DNA of 61,649 nt, the filler included, from Ionaspis alba (taxonomy: Eukaryota): assembly GCA_964255285.1 (NCBI GenBank). It is 11 parts of 11 records of this genome, joined end to end, with 100 filler letters (N's around TTAATTAATTAA, not from the genome) between each part and the next. Parts side by side here need not be neighbours in the genome. Positions count along the whole stretch, not along the records: positions 45,039 to 50,516 come from CAXUUL010001007.1; positions 50,617 to 56,093 come from CAXUUL010001008.1; positions 56,194 to 61,649 come from CAXUUL010001009.1; 8 more parts are not named here. One strand, written 5' to 3'. Position numbers and translations under genes: made by a program. Shown here piece after piece: positions 48,561-59,230 of the stretch; position 1 is the stretch's first letter, and every line of letters starts with the position of its first letter. Under the pieces are notes generated by a model. That model worked only from the letters and a program-made list of their open reading frames with translations, had not been told where the DNA came from and did no database searches.

Positions 48561-49358
48561 TTAAGGAAAAGAAGTACCTTTCCTGAAGTCGTTCCTACCA
48601 TAGATCTTGTTGCTGACTGGCATTCTACGCCAGATATTCGCACGCAGCTCATCGGTCCCGCGCTTCTCATGCCAGGAGATACAGTTGTGCTTGTTGCGCC
48701 AGCGGAACACGCGCATCTGCATGGCATTGATACTTGTGGTGGCAGTCGAATCTGGCATACGTGCCTGGATATCCTTCCAATTGATGCAGGAGTTCTGGCG
48801 TATGATCGCTTCAAGAAGCCATGCTTCAGCGTTCGAGGCCAGCCTGTGAGGGATATCGGGGTAGTCGAGCACAGGATTGAGATATTTGTCAAGTACGATC
48901 CTGCCCCTATGACGCATTGGCGGTGCGACGGAGCCGCTTGTGAGCCTGTCTCGAGGAGGGTCAAGCTGGCCAAGAATGGCTGGGTTCATCACACCGGTAC
49001 TACCGCTGCCCCAAGCTCGCTGGCTTGGTAGGAAAGCTGTCTCGTCGTCCGTTCCACTGTTTTGGGCCCGAGGATGGACCGCAGAAAGACTCTAAGCACA
49101 AGAGAGAGATGCAAGGTAGAATCAGCTTACCATAGCTTCCGTTCGCCGCAGCTTGGTCGATCAAGGCCCTCCGGATCGTACTATGGAGGACAGCTTCTTG
49201 CCAGCGAGCCCCAGGCGCCGATCGGTACATTAATTGCCAATTTGGCATTATGTTGACCTCGTGTTGGCTCGGTCTATGAGAAGTAAGCAAGAAAAGACAA
49301 GAGAAAGATATTGGAAGAGATTGTATCATGGGACGACCGACCCTGTGACGTTGGGCAT
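48561..49358 (-). pseudogene. Paralogue B of the same uncharacterised family; probable pseudogene or splice-defective allele
   Basis: WQLMYRSAPGARWQEAVLHSTIRRALIDQAAANGSY...RIVLDKYLNPVLDYPDIPHRLASNAEAWLLEAIIRQN...WKDIQARMP...NAMQMRVFRWR...CISW aligns to paralogue A. The acceptor at the homologous intron position reads CGG, not CAG. Confidence 0.6.
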
Positions 49359-50516
49359 GGCTGCTTTAGATGCGCTGTTGGTGTTTTGGGTCTCTGTCAG
49401 ATAGATAGTTCAGATCAGCCAAAATATTTTGTTTAACGAGGTGGGTGTTGAAAAGTGAGCATGGTCGAGGCCAGCGGTCAAGGACATCCACCTCGAGAAA
49501 AGACTTGGTAAAATATGGGACCCTTGAATAGAACCTGATGGGTAACTTACATGGCCTTGGGAGAAAAGCTTTGAGAAATTAGCTTGAAACGATGAGAATG
49601 GAAATCGTGATGAGTACCAAGAGTGGGAGGCTAATATCGAAGAGAGATCAAAGCCAGACACGCGTTGTGGGCTCAATATAGCCTTGCACCACAGACCCCC
49701 GCAAGCTCCGCGCAATGTCGAGATCGAACATTCCCATTGGCCGGTTGTTCCGCCAGAACTAATTAAACATGTCAATGGGATACTCTCCAAGGGCCGTCAA
49801 GTAAGCCAGCAAATACACCCTTGACATGCTCAAAAATCAGCCAGAAAGAATCACAAGAGATACATTGCTTGCTTCTTATGTCTACTGGCACTCTGCCGGT
49901 GCATGAGCAACCCCTTTCGAGAATATCAAGGCACAACCATGAACGGAGCAAGACTGCAAATCTTGATGGAGCAGGATCTGTGTTCCTGCACCACCAGACA
50001 CAGACTGTAGCCGCATGGTTCAGAACATTACTCGTGAAGGAAACAGATACAGTGAATCATTGATCTCGAAGACTGAAGCCTTTTCAACCGTCATCAGTCC
50101 ATGTTATGCCATCAAGTTTCAGCATAGTGCGCTAATGAATAGCCATGGAAGGCATGAATTCATTCTTGAATGTCTGTTTCCGGGCCAATCTCGACACCTT
50201 GATTTGTGTTTGTATGTTTTTTTGAAGACAAGCCAAGACCACTGAGAACACAGAACGATGTTGGCACTTACCAGTCATATATACATGGTTGAGCTAGGAA
50301 GGACAGCCAGAAGCTCCATACGCGTGGCATTTTCGGCAGCAGATCCACTGTGTCTCATGAGCATGCTTTCTCTTTGCTTGTTTGCGTGAATGACGGACCA
50401 TAGCATACAAGAGAACGGTCTTCTCAAATCAGGATTGTGGGTAAAGCCCATGGCATTCAACCAATCAATGCCCACACTAGAAGGCTCTTTGGAGACTCCT
50501 TTAGCAATGCTGCTGA

Positions 50517-50616
50517 NNNNNNNNNNNNNNNNNNNNNNNNNNNNNNNNNNNNNNNNNNNNTTAATTAATTAANNNNNNNNNNNNNNNNNNNNNNNNNNNN
50601 NNNNNNNNNNNNNNNN
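50517..50616. other. Artificial scaffold-joining spacer
   Basis: N-TTAATTAATTAA-N, 100 bp. Confidence 0.97.
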
Positions 50617-50698
50617 GTTCGGTGTAGTCGATTTTGCCGCGGGGTTTGACGAATTTGGTCATGCCGACGCCAAGGACGTAGGCGGGGGTTTTGGCCAT
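50617..50698 (-). CDS. SCPx-type thiolase (sterol carrier protein-2 thiolase), N-terminal fragment only
   Basis: MAKTPAYVLGVGMTKFVKPRGKIDYTE running into the spacer; VLGVGMTKF.KP is the SCPx thiolase N-terminus. Confidence 0.8.
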
Positions 50699-51111
50699 GA
50701 TTGCGGTTGGGGAGGTAGAGCTTTGAAGAGTGGGAGGATGTGGTGTGAGGGTAGAATGTCTTTTGCGAGGTGGGATGCAATAGACGATGGAGATGTTTTT
50801 GATGCCAAGAGAATGCGGAGAACGGTTTGCGGGGAGGGGATGCCGAGGTTCAGCAACTCCGCAGTCCAGGAATCGATTGGTCTGTTAGCCCACACCCGTC
50901 GTCCAAAACCGTAGAGTAGAAGTTCGAATAATATAGTTAAGTTAGTATGTTTTCGCTCCAGAGATCAATGCTATGTGAGTATAAAAATATATACACGAAG
51001 TGTATCCAACTCTTTCCAATTTATAGACAATCCAACCCCCCCCCAAAAACAGACGAACGAAAAAGCCTCCAGCGCCATGCTAAAATGCACTCGACAAACG
51101 AAAGCAAATTA

Positions 51112-53956
51112 TCATCGTGAAGACATCGAATCCGGCCAATCCCCCTTCTCCCCCTCCACATGCTCCACACTCGGACTATCCGTCGACGCGCCCTTCTTCC
51201 GTCTAATTGCCGCATGAAAGATCCTACTCGCCCTCTCCCCCTTTCCCTCCAACCGATCCTGCGGCAATATCGACCGTTTCGACAAATTGACGGGATCGAC
51301 TTGTTTCTTGGCCGCTGGGACCATGATCAGGTAAAGAGGGTAGATCGTGCCGAAGGCTGTAACAGCGACCACGACGCAGAATGCGTATTGTAGGCCGTAG
51401 GCCCTGACGACGGGACTCATAATGACGGGGAAGATGGCGCCGCCGGAGATGGCGGCTGTGAGGTAGACGGAACCGGATTTGGTGTGGGAGCCGAGACCGC
51501 GGAGGGTGATGGCGAAGATGATGGGGAAGACACCGGACTGGTTGGGGATCAGTATATCTGAGCTTTGAATGGCGGTGGAAGAGAGAAAACGTACCTCGAA
51601 GAACATGAACAGTACAATCATGGCCACGCCGGTTGATTTGGTGAAGTTCATGGCACAGGCGGCCGTGACGATCATGCCGGTATAGAGGAATAGCAGGATC
51701 CAGCGGGGTTTGATGAAGATGCCGGCGAAGGCGGAGAGGAAACGACCGACGGCGAAGACGGTGTGGCCGACTGTTTGGTAGTTGAAGGGACCCATGCTGG
51801 TGCTGAGAGATGTTAGATGGTATTGGTATTTTAGCAACAAGTATTTGGCTTACCCAGACGTAACGACGGTAATGTAATCTTGATAGTAGCTTGCAGCAGC
51901 CTCTTGTGCACCAACATAACACCATTCCGAAAAGACACCAATTGCGAGCGTGACGTAGATGACTTTGACATTACCGAGCTTGGAAAATGTGGCAGAGTTG
52001 ACGCTGGATCGTTTTTCTGCCACGTCTTCGAAATCTTCATCTGAGGCTTCGGGGATTGGCATGTAGTAGAATGCTGCTGCGAGCAGGATATCGAAGAATG
52101 CTATTCCTAGATATGCCCATTGCACGTCGATGAGTGATGGAGCGTCAAGAACATTCTTGAAGAAGACCTTCTTGGCAAGGAGTGGAGACACGACGCTTCC
52201 AATGGCTTGCACGCCTTGTGATAGATTGAGCCGTGTCTCAGAATGCTGTGGAGGTCCGCACAAGGCGATGAATGGGTTGGCAGCGACCTCGAGGATGGAC
52301 ACACCCATGCCAACGATGAAATTGGAGATGATGAATGCGGTAAAGGAGGTCAGAACTGCGGACGGCCAGAAGATCAGAGTCCCACAGCCGTAGATACAAA
52401 GTCCAGTGATAAAGGTGGCTTTGAAGCCCCATTTCTTAAGCACGATTCTCCCTATTGTCAAAGGTCCAATGAAGTAGGCTGCAAAGTAAGAGGCGTGGAG
52501 TCCCAATGCCTGTCCAGAAGTCACGTGGACCACCAATTGGAATTGAGAATTGAGGATATCGAGCAGCCCATAGGCGAATCCCCATAGGAAGAACAGGATT
52601 GTGACCAACGCCAACGGGACATAGGACTGTTTGTTGGTGAGCTTCGTCATTGGTCGAGTCTTCTTCATGTTGTAGAAGTCAAAGAAAGTGCCACTTCCAG
52701 CGTGAGAGTTATTGCGCGAAGCAGATGTTGTGCTTGTCATCGCGGTCTGTGTCCGCGTTGCAGGTGTATCCATGTCTGGAGTGGTAAGGAAATCCATGAT
52801 ATCCATGTCTCCATCGCCGCCATGATTTGGTTGTTGAGCTCGAGCCGGACTATCTGGTGGCAGAGGAGATTGTTGGGCAACCGTGAAATCCTCCATAGGC
52901 GCTGCAGTCTTATCATGGATATCAGATAGGTCGGCCGGGTTATTCCTGTCTCGAATCAAGCCTGGCAAGATTTTCGAGACTAGAGGCTTCAAGGACGGGA
53001 CACAGGCACAGATGATTCCAACATGCACCTCGATAGCCGACCACATGAACGATAAGGAGGCATACCATGAGAAGTCGTCCTTCTCGAGTACTCGAGATCC
53101 CGGAGTGCCATCAGTCCCGATCTCGGAGAGATGGGTCTGGAAAGCTGCTTGAAGATATGCAATGCGCACGACGTCGACAGCAGCGACGAAGGCACCAAAG
53201 CTGAACGTGATAATCAAGATGATTTTCTGCTTCTTGGGTAGTCGCATGCCCGTCAGGATTGGCATGGGTAGAAACAGGATCACGAGATCGGTAATGATGT
53301 TGACCGGTGCCGAGGATAGGTAGAGGGACACGATATCGGTGCATACTGCGTCTGCTGGTACTGCTTGCTGGAATACTGCACCGACTGGTTTGCATTGGAA
53401 GATGTTCAGAAATGTCAGGGCCAGACCAGCAATGTTAACCACGGCGAGGGTAGCCCAGGTGGCCCATTTGAAGATTTGTTGATTCTTGGATAAGGAGAGG
53501 TAGAAGATCAGGATGGAGGTCTTTGTGGCCATGAGCACCGGGTTCTGGAAGACCCCAAGTCAGTCAATGTGCTTGCTCGGCAGCCTTTTCGATAACATAC
53601 ATAGAGTACCGAGAAGGCATATTCGGCTTTTCGAAGCGCAACTTTGTCCTCCGGAGGAACATCGACCTCATGACGACCGAGTCCATTATGTACACCCCAG
53701 CATATCGAGAAGGAGAATCCAAAGGCAATAAGCTGGAGCGAGTCAGGAACAACATTCATCAGCTGGAAGGATTTTCATCCGAAGCTCCACGAACCCATGC
53801 AATTGCGATAAAGTAGTCGTCCCATGTTATTCTCTTGACAATCCCGATACGCGAGATGAAGCGGACGATGATGAAAGCTGAGGATACGACGAGGAGAACG
53901 ATGGTAATGGTAAGAACGATCGGACCTCTGTTGTCGCCCGATGTGGCGGTCGACAT
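51112..53956 (-). CDS. Fusion protein: PTH11-like (fungal rhodopsin-domain) 7-TM module plus FucP/GluP-type MFS sugar permease
   Basis: N-half: IVRFISR...WDDYFIAIAW, GLGRH, KTSILIFYL, NIITDLVILFLPMPIL..MRLPKKQK, WSAIEVHVGIICACVPSLKPL. C-half: TILFFLWGFAYGLLDILN, YFAAYF, KKWGFKATFITGL, LEVAANPFI, RLNLSQGVQAIG, YVGAQ, GRF, FPIIFAITLRGLG, AAISGGAIFP. Four introns. Confidence 0.9.
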
Positions 53957-55817
53957 GTCTTCGACGGCCCACTGCGTTTCACACGAACCCGCCACAGACC
54001 TGCCTCATGGTACGTGCTTGCCAAACCATGCACGGTCGTTTGTGATGGATGAGGACGACGATGATGCTATAATGGTCAGCTCCAAATAACAGAATCGATA
54101 TCAGCCGTTAAGTGCATATATCGAGAGTCGCTCTTAGAAGAAGATCACGATGAAGAAGACCTTTCACTTCCCTCTCCATCGAGATGATTAGCTGGCAAGG
54201 CTCATTGCCTCCCACTCTATCGTCTCCGCCATCTCGGTGGAGCGACCTCGCAGGATCCGGTGTCCCCAGCTGGCAGGGCCGATCTAATTCCCTTTTAGAT
54301 AAGCCGGCTATTGGCTTTTTCCATTGGCTTCCCAACTCGGCAGATAAACCCCCGCAGTTCAACTCAAATCCTCCCACGCCAAGGTTCTAGGGTATGAGCA
54401 GGAGGCGTTTTCTTTTTTGCCTCGGTTGAATGTGTGCGTGGTTTTCGCAGTTTGATAACAAAGATTATACTAGATGCAGGTTTGTTTTTATCGTCGAGTC
54501 TACAAGACCGTGAATATGCAGACGAGACCTTCGCATAGATATGCTTTGTGTATAGCATGACCCTAATTAGCCAGAAGTGTCCCCAACCTTTGATGATCGG
54601 CTCGATCGGGTCCACAATGTGGGCATCATCCACGTTAATTCACTGTACGATCCCCGAAAACCACGCATTGGAGAACCTTACAATCCTTGGCATTGGGAAG
54701 TTAGTGGCCCTTCAGGGACCCAGCTCTTGCGGGGAGTTCGGAGAGAGTGCCTGCAACGTTATCCAAAGGCCTGTAATTGTTGTTGTCGTGGCCAATAACA
54801 GCACAGACTTGTTCCAAAGGCAGTGCTGTTGTTAGCAATTCTAGTGTCAATTATTCGTCGAAGCGAGATGATCAGGGTCTAAATGCCATTTTGGCAACCG
54901 TGAAGGCTTTCCCCGGAGCAACCGTGGCGTCCAACCTCCGAGAGTGGGAGTACCGAGTCTTTGGATACATGGGAAGCCCAAGCAGGGGGAAGCCAGCTAG
55001 TTATCTTAGCATCGAAAGGTTGAACAGCTCGGGGCTGGCTGGAAACACCACTGTACATATGCATATTAACCTCCTAAAGACAGGAACAACTAAGTACACT
55101 GCGCCGCAATCTACAAGAGACACACACCATCATATCAAAGGAGATATATTGTTCCGCGGACAACTTACAACTCCGTACTCCCCTTTCCTGAATCCAGGTC
55201 AAAGATAACAGCATTTCAATCCACGGAGACATGAGCCCACGCAACCAGGAAAAGAATTGCTCTCTTCTCCGCCCACGGTGGGAAACACCCACATACTGAG
55301 CCTCTCACTGTCACCAATCTCTATGCCAGCTCTATGTTCCTTGCTACCCTAAAAGTCTTGTAGTAGTAGATCAACCGATAAAGCCACGATACACACTCAC
55401 GCTTCATTGGTTGCAGAATGTCTTAGATATCCGTTGGCACCTCGCATTCATATATGATGGCACGGCGTAAAAGTCGGTGCGGGTAGACTTCTGTGCTAGA
55501 GACAAGGCTCTGGTGCACGAATGCATCGAACCATGCATAGCGTTCGTTGCAGAGTGGTAGCAGATTTCGTTCACAGATATCTGCCAATCTCCAGTTTTAT
55601 GTTTCAACTGTCTTACCCGTTTTGCGAATTGCTTTGGCACGTACGTCGACACTTTTGAAAAAGAATCTTGAGCTAGTAGCGGTGTCTCTCTAATGTGGAG
55701 CGTAGCTTGATAGCTAGTGTGTAGTTTTGCCATGGTAGAAGGAATCAATGGATGCTTTGCATAGGAGGTTTTTCCCTTTGGCAGTGAGTTCATATGAATA
55801 ACATAGGTGAACGATTC

Positions 55818-55854
55818 CGCCCAGACAGGACGCCCAGGCAGGTCGCCTAGACTA
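55818..55854 (+). repeat. Imperfect 13-bp tandem repeat, about 3 units
   Basis: cgcccagacagga / cgcccaggcaggt / cgcctagacta. Confidence 0.45.
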
Positions 55855-56093
55855 CTTGTGTCTTTTCTAGACTTCTAATGGAGGCGAGGTCTTTCAAGAG
55901 GTAGGTAAAAGCGTACACGTTTAATTTAAAAATCTGTTTGCCTATCGTGACGATTCCGCTGTCCGCTTCAGCGTCAGGATCGAAATAGCCAACGTCTTCA
56001 GGTTCGAGTATCCTTGACCATTGGTGCCATCAGGTCTGGCTTGATCTTGGGTCTGGATTTGCAGTTCTTCTCCCGCTTTTAAATTCGTCAAAT

Positions 56094-56193
56094 NNNNNNN
56101 NNNNNNNNNNNNNNNNNNNNNNNNNNNNNNNNNNNNNTTAATTAATTAANNNNNNNNNNNNNNNNNNNNNNNNNNNNNNNNNNNNNNNNNNNN
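56094..56193. other. Artificial scaffold-joining spacer
   Basis: N-TTAATTAATTAA-N, 100 bp. Confidence 0.97.
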
Positions 56194-56638
56194 ATCTAGC
56201 AGCCAAGCTTCCAGGGACAATCGAGGATTCACTTAGAAATATCCGAGAGACTTACTAATATGTCCAGGAAACCGAAAAGACATTGTCAAAAGTATGCAGT
56301 GGGGATTTTGATGCATAGAGGGCGATCACGTTATGTATAACTCTCAGCGACAACCCATCGTCTGCATTAAGAGTCGTATATACAAGCAAGCAGAAAGCTC
56401 ATCCCAAAACCAAGCCCTGAAGCCATGTCTATATACAGGTCATCATGTACAGCCCATCAAATAGACGTTCCAGACTCCGAGACCTCCCAAGACCCAAGAA
56501 GAAGATAATCTGAACCATCCTGTTCTCCAAACCACTGCTCATCAGAACTAAAACGAGAACAACTACGAAAAGAACATAGCCAACCGTCCGTCATGCTAGC
56601 GAACACCTTCTGCACGAGCTTTTCATCCCCTCAATTCC

Positions 56639-59230
56639 TTAAATCATCCCTCCCATCCTCCCTTGATCCCTTTGACCTCCCGGAATATCGAAATCGGGAT
56701 TTCCAGCCAGAACATCCTGTTGCGGTTGCCGTGGTGGAGCACCCATGGGTTGTCGATTAGGCACACCACCAACACCCATAGACATGGGCACTGCATGACC
56801 GTAGCCCTGGTGCTGTTGGCCTTGTTGCTGTCCAGCCCATTCAGGATTGACTCCGCGTCGACTGACGCTGGTCAAATTGCTAGCATCACTCTCCGCCGGT
56901 GATCGAGCACCCTCTTGAATGGACTCGTAGGAGGACATGGGATCGAGGTGCTGCTGGTTTGGAGGGAGCTGCATCTGCTGCTGTTGGTTCATCATTCCTC
57001 CACCCGGTCGTGATCCTGGCAAGAGTAGTGTTGGGACTGCAGGTTGTGCGGCTGAAGGTGATTCTAGTTCTGAGAATCTTGGATCCACGTCTTCGTAATA
57101 ATTATCACTGGAATTCATACGGTTGTGGACAGGTGAGTGAGCTTGAACACGAGATGGCGATCTTCCACTTGCTGATAATTCGACGGGAGATTGATGGCCA
57201 GGACTGAGGGCACGCATGTTCGAGGCTGGGGGTGGAGTGCCATTACGGCCGGGTCCACCCGCCCAGGCAGCGCGAGCAGGGACGTAAGACCTAAGAAGTT
57301 GTTAGAATGAGTGATCGGGAAATGGCAAGAACTACTTAGTAAACTTACTCTTGCTGCTGGTTACTATATAAGCTAGTCGGACTCTGCAGATTGTCTTCGT
57401 GACGTAGAGGACTGCCCACTCTTCCCTGCTGCAGACCAACTAAGCCTTGGACGTCGCTGTCGCTGTCGCGAAGCGGATGGCCATCAAATCCCGTCGGTTG
57501 GGATGGACTTCCTGTCGTGGCATCCATCTCAACAGCTTGACCAATGGAATCATGGGCGTTCGCAAGCGGTAATGCTGGAGGTGGCGATTCCCGTCTAAAG
57601 CGTTGACCATTCACACCCCCAGGTGATTGTTCTCTAGTCCCGTAGCCGTATACACCTGGCGCAGAAGGAGGGCCTGGGGAAGGTTGTCTACCATACCCTG
57701 GGGCGGAGGGTGGTCCTGGCGATTGCTGTCTCCCATAAACCGGTCCTGGTGGTACACCCGGAGATTGTCGCCTTGCATAGGGACCGGGACCTCCGTAAGG
57801 AGCGGGCGACTCATTTCTGCCGTATGGACCGGGACCACCTCCACGTCCCGGAGGTCCATATCCATTTCCATACCCTGGTGGTGGACCTCTCTGTCCACGA
57901 CCCATCATCTCGCCGGCAGCCATTCCTCCTACAGCACCTGCTGCTAGTGCACCCATTGGCATGCCGCCTCGACCGTTCCCGTTCATGCCTGGCCCACCTC
58001 TTCCAGCGTAGGGTCCGCCTCTGCCATAGCCACGAGGAGGATATCCGCCACGACCTCGTCCACGTGATCCCTGAGAACTAAGAGTCTCGCCGGAATATTG
58101 GTGTCGCATTTGTCGGTCTTGTGAGTTCCTCCGCGAGCCTGTGCCAGGTCCAAAGGCTGGGGATGGTGGTAAAGGATTTCCAAACTCGTCTCGTGGTCCA
58201 TTATACATGCGTCCACCTCTGCCACCTCTCAACGCACCCATTGCCCCCATGCCTCCTCTCATAGGTGGTCCGCCTCCGTATCGATCCATCCCATCCTCCG
58301 AAGTGCCCGGTCTAGGTCCGCTGATGGAACTTGGCGTCGTTCCGGATAGCGATCTCAAAGGAATGCGGTCATCCTCTTCAACACGAGAAGTCTTGCTAGT
58401 CTCAAATGTAGCAAATGACGGTAGTTTATCGGCTCCAGGCGCACCATTGACCATAGGTGCTGTGGGTTGCTGGTTCAATGGTGGTGGTGCATCGACCTTG
58501 GGTGTGTTTTGTCGGTTATAGAAATTATCTCCATTCATTTCGGCATTCTCTGCTATCCGCTTCTTCCTGGCTTTTCTGCTCACCAGAGTTCTCCGCATAG
58601 CACACACAACAATACCACTGACCACAATCAGAATGGTTGATACGAGTACAATCCATCCTCCCCAGGCAAGATGAGGAACGAAGAGTAAGATGTCGACTAA
58701 GAAGGCGAGCAATGTGACAAGCAAAGTCGGTAGAAGTAAGATGATAAGCGCCAGAAGATATCGAGGAGAATGTGATGGTGAGTGAAGATGTGCGGTTGCT
58801 GCGAGAATGAAGCAGATCAGGGTCAACAGCGCAGCGACTGGGTGGACAATGAGAATGGCAGATAAGGAGTGTCGTGTATTGGCAGGGAGGGAGAAGTTGG
58901 AGTCGCCGTCTAAAGTTATACATGAATTAGCACAAGTATTGAGAGAAGTTATCCAATCAGATCTACAGGTGTGAGGTTGTTCAAATCTTTGTCCATGCTG
59001 TTCGCTGCGTAAGGGGCAACCCGATTCTGGCTCGAGAACGTACCTGCAGTGTATCCGACCTTGATCCCACTGCATTGACTGCCTTTGCAGAAGCCAAAGA
59101 CGCCATAATCGATGCCCTGAAAGCTGGCGAGTGGAATGGCTTTGACAATGGGTGTGGATATGACCGATATGAGGAGGAGGACGAATGCGACAAAGAGTAT
59201 TATCGCCAACGGCGTGGCTGGTCGCAACAT
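56639..59230 (-). CDS. palI: Ambient pH signalling membrane protein PalI/Rim9 (SUR7/PalI family), 3 exons
   Basis: MLRPATPLAIILFVAFVLLLISVISTPIVKAIPLA...YGVFGFC...C; LSAILIVHPVAA; LAFLVDILLFVPHLAWGGWIVL; CAMRRTLVSRKARKKRIAENAEMNG; long cytosolic tail. Introns at about 58911-59043 and 57291-57348. Confidence 0.93.

Noticed and set aside
54260..54945. Several CreA-type SYGGRG sites upstream of the fusion gene
   Set aside because: Degenerate hexamer; the count is not clearly above chance.
55960..56020. GGTTCGAG T-loop-like motif ending near CCA as a tRNA
   Set aside because: No cloverleaf stems could be formed.
58911..59043. Internal TAG acceptor in palI intron 1 as a microexon or stwintron
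   Set aside because: No GT donor follows it and its use gives an immediate stop; no consistent nested-intron model.
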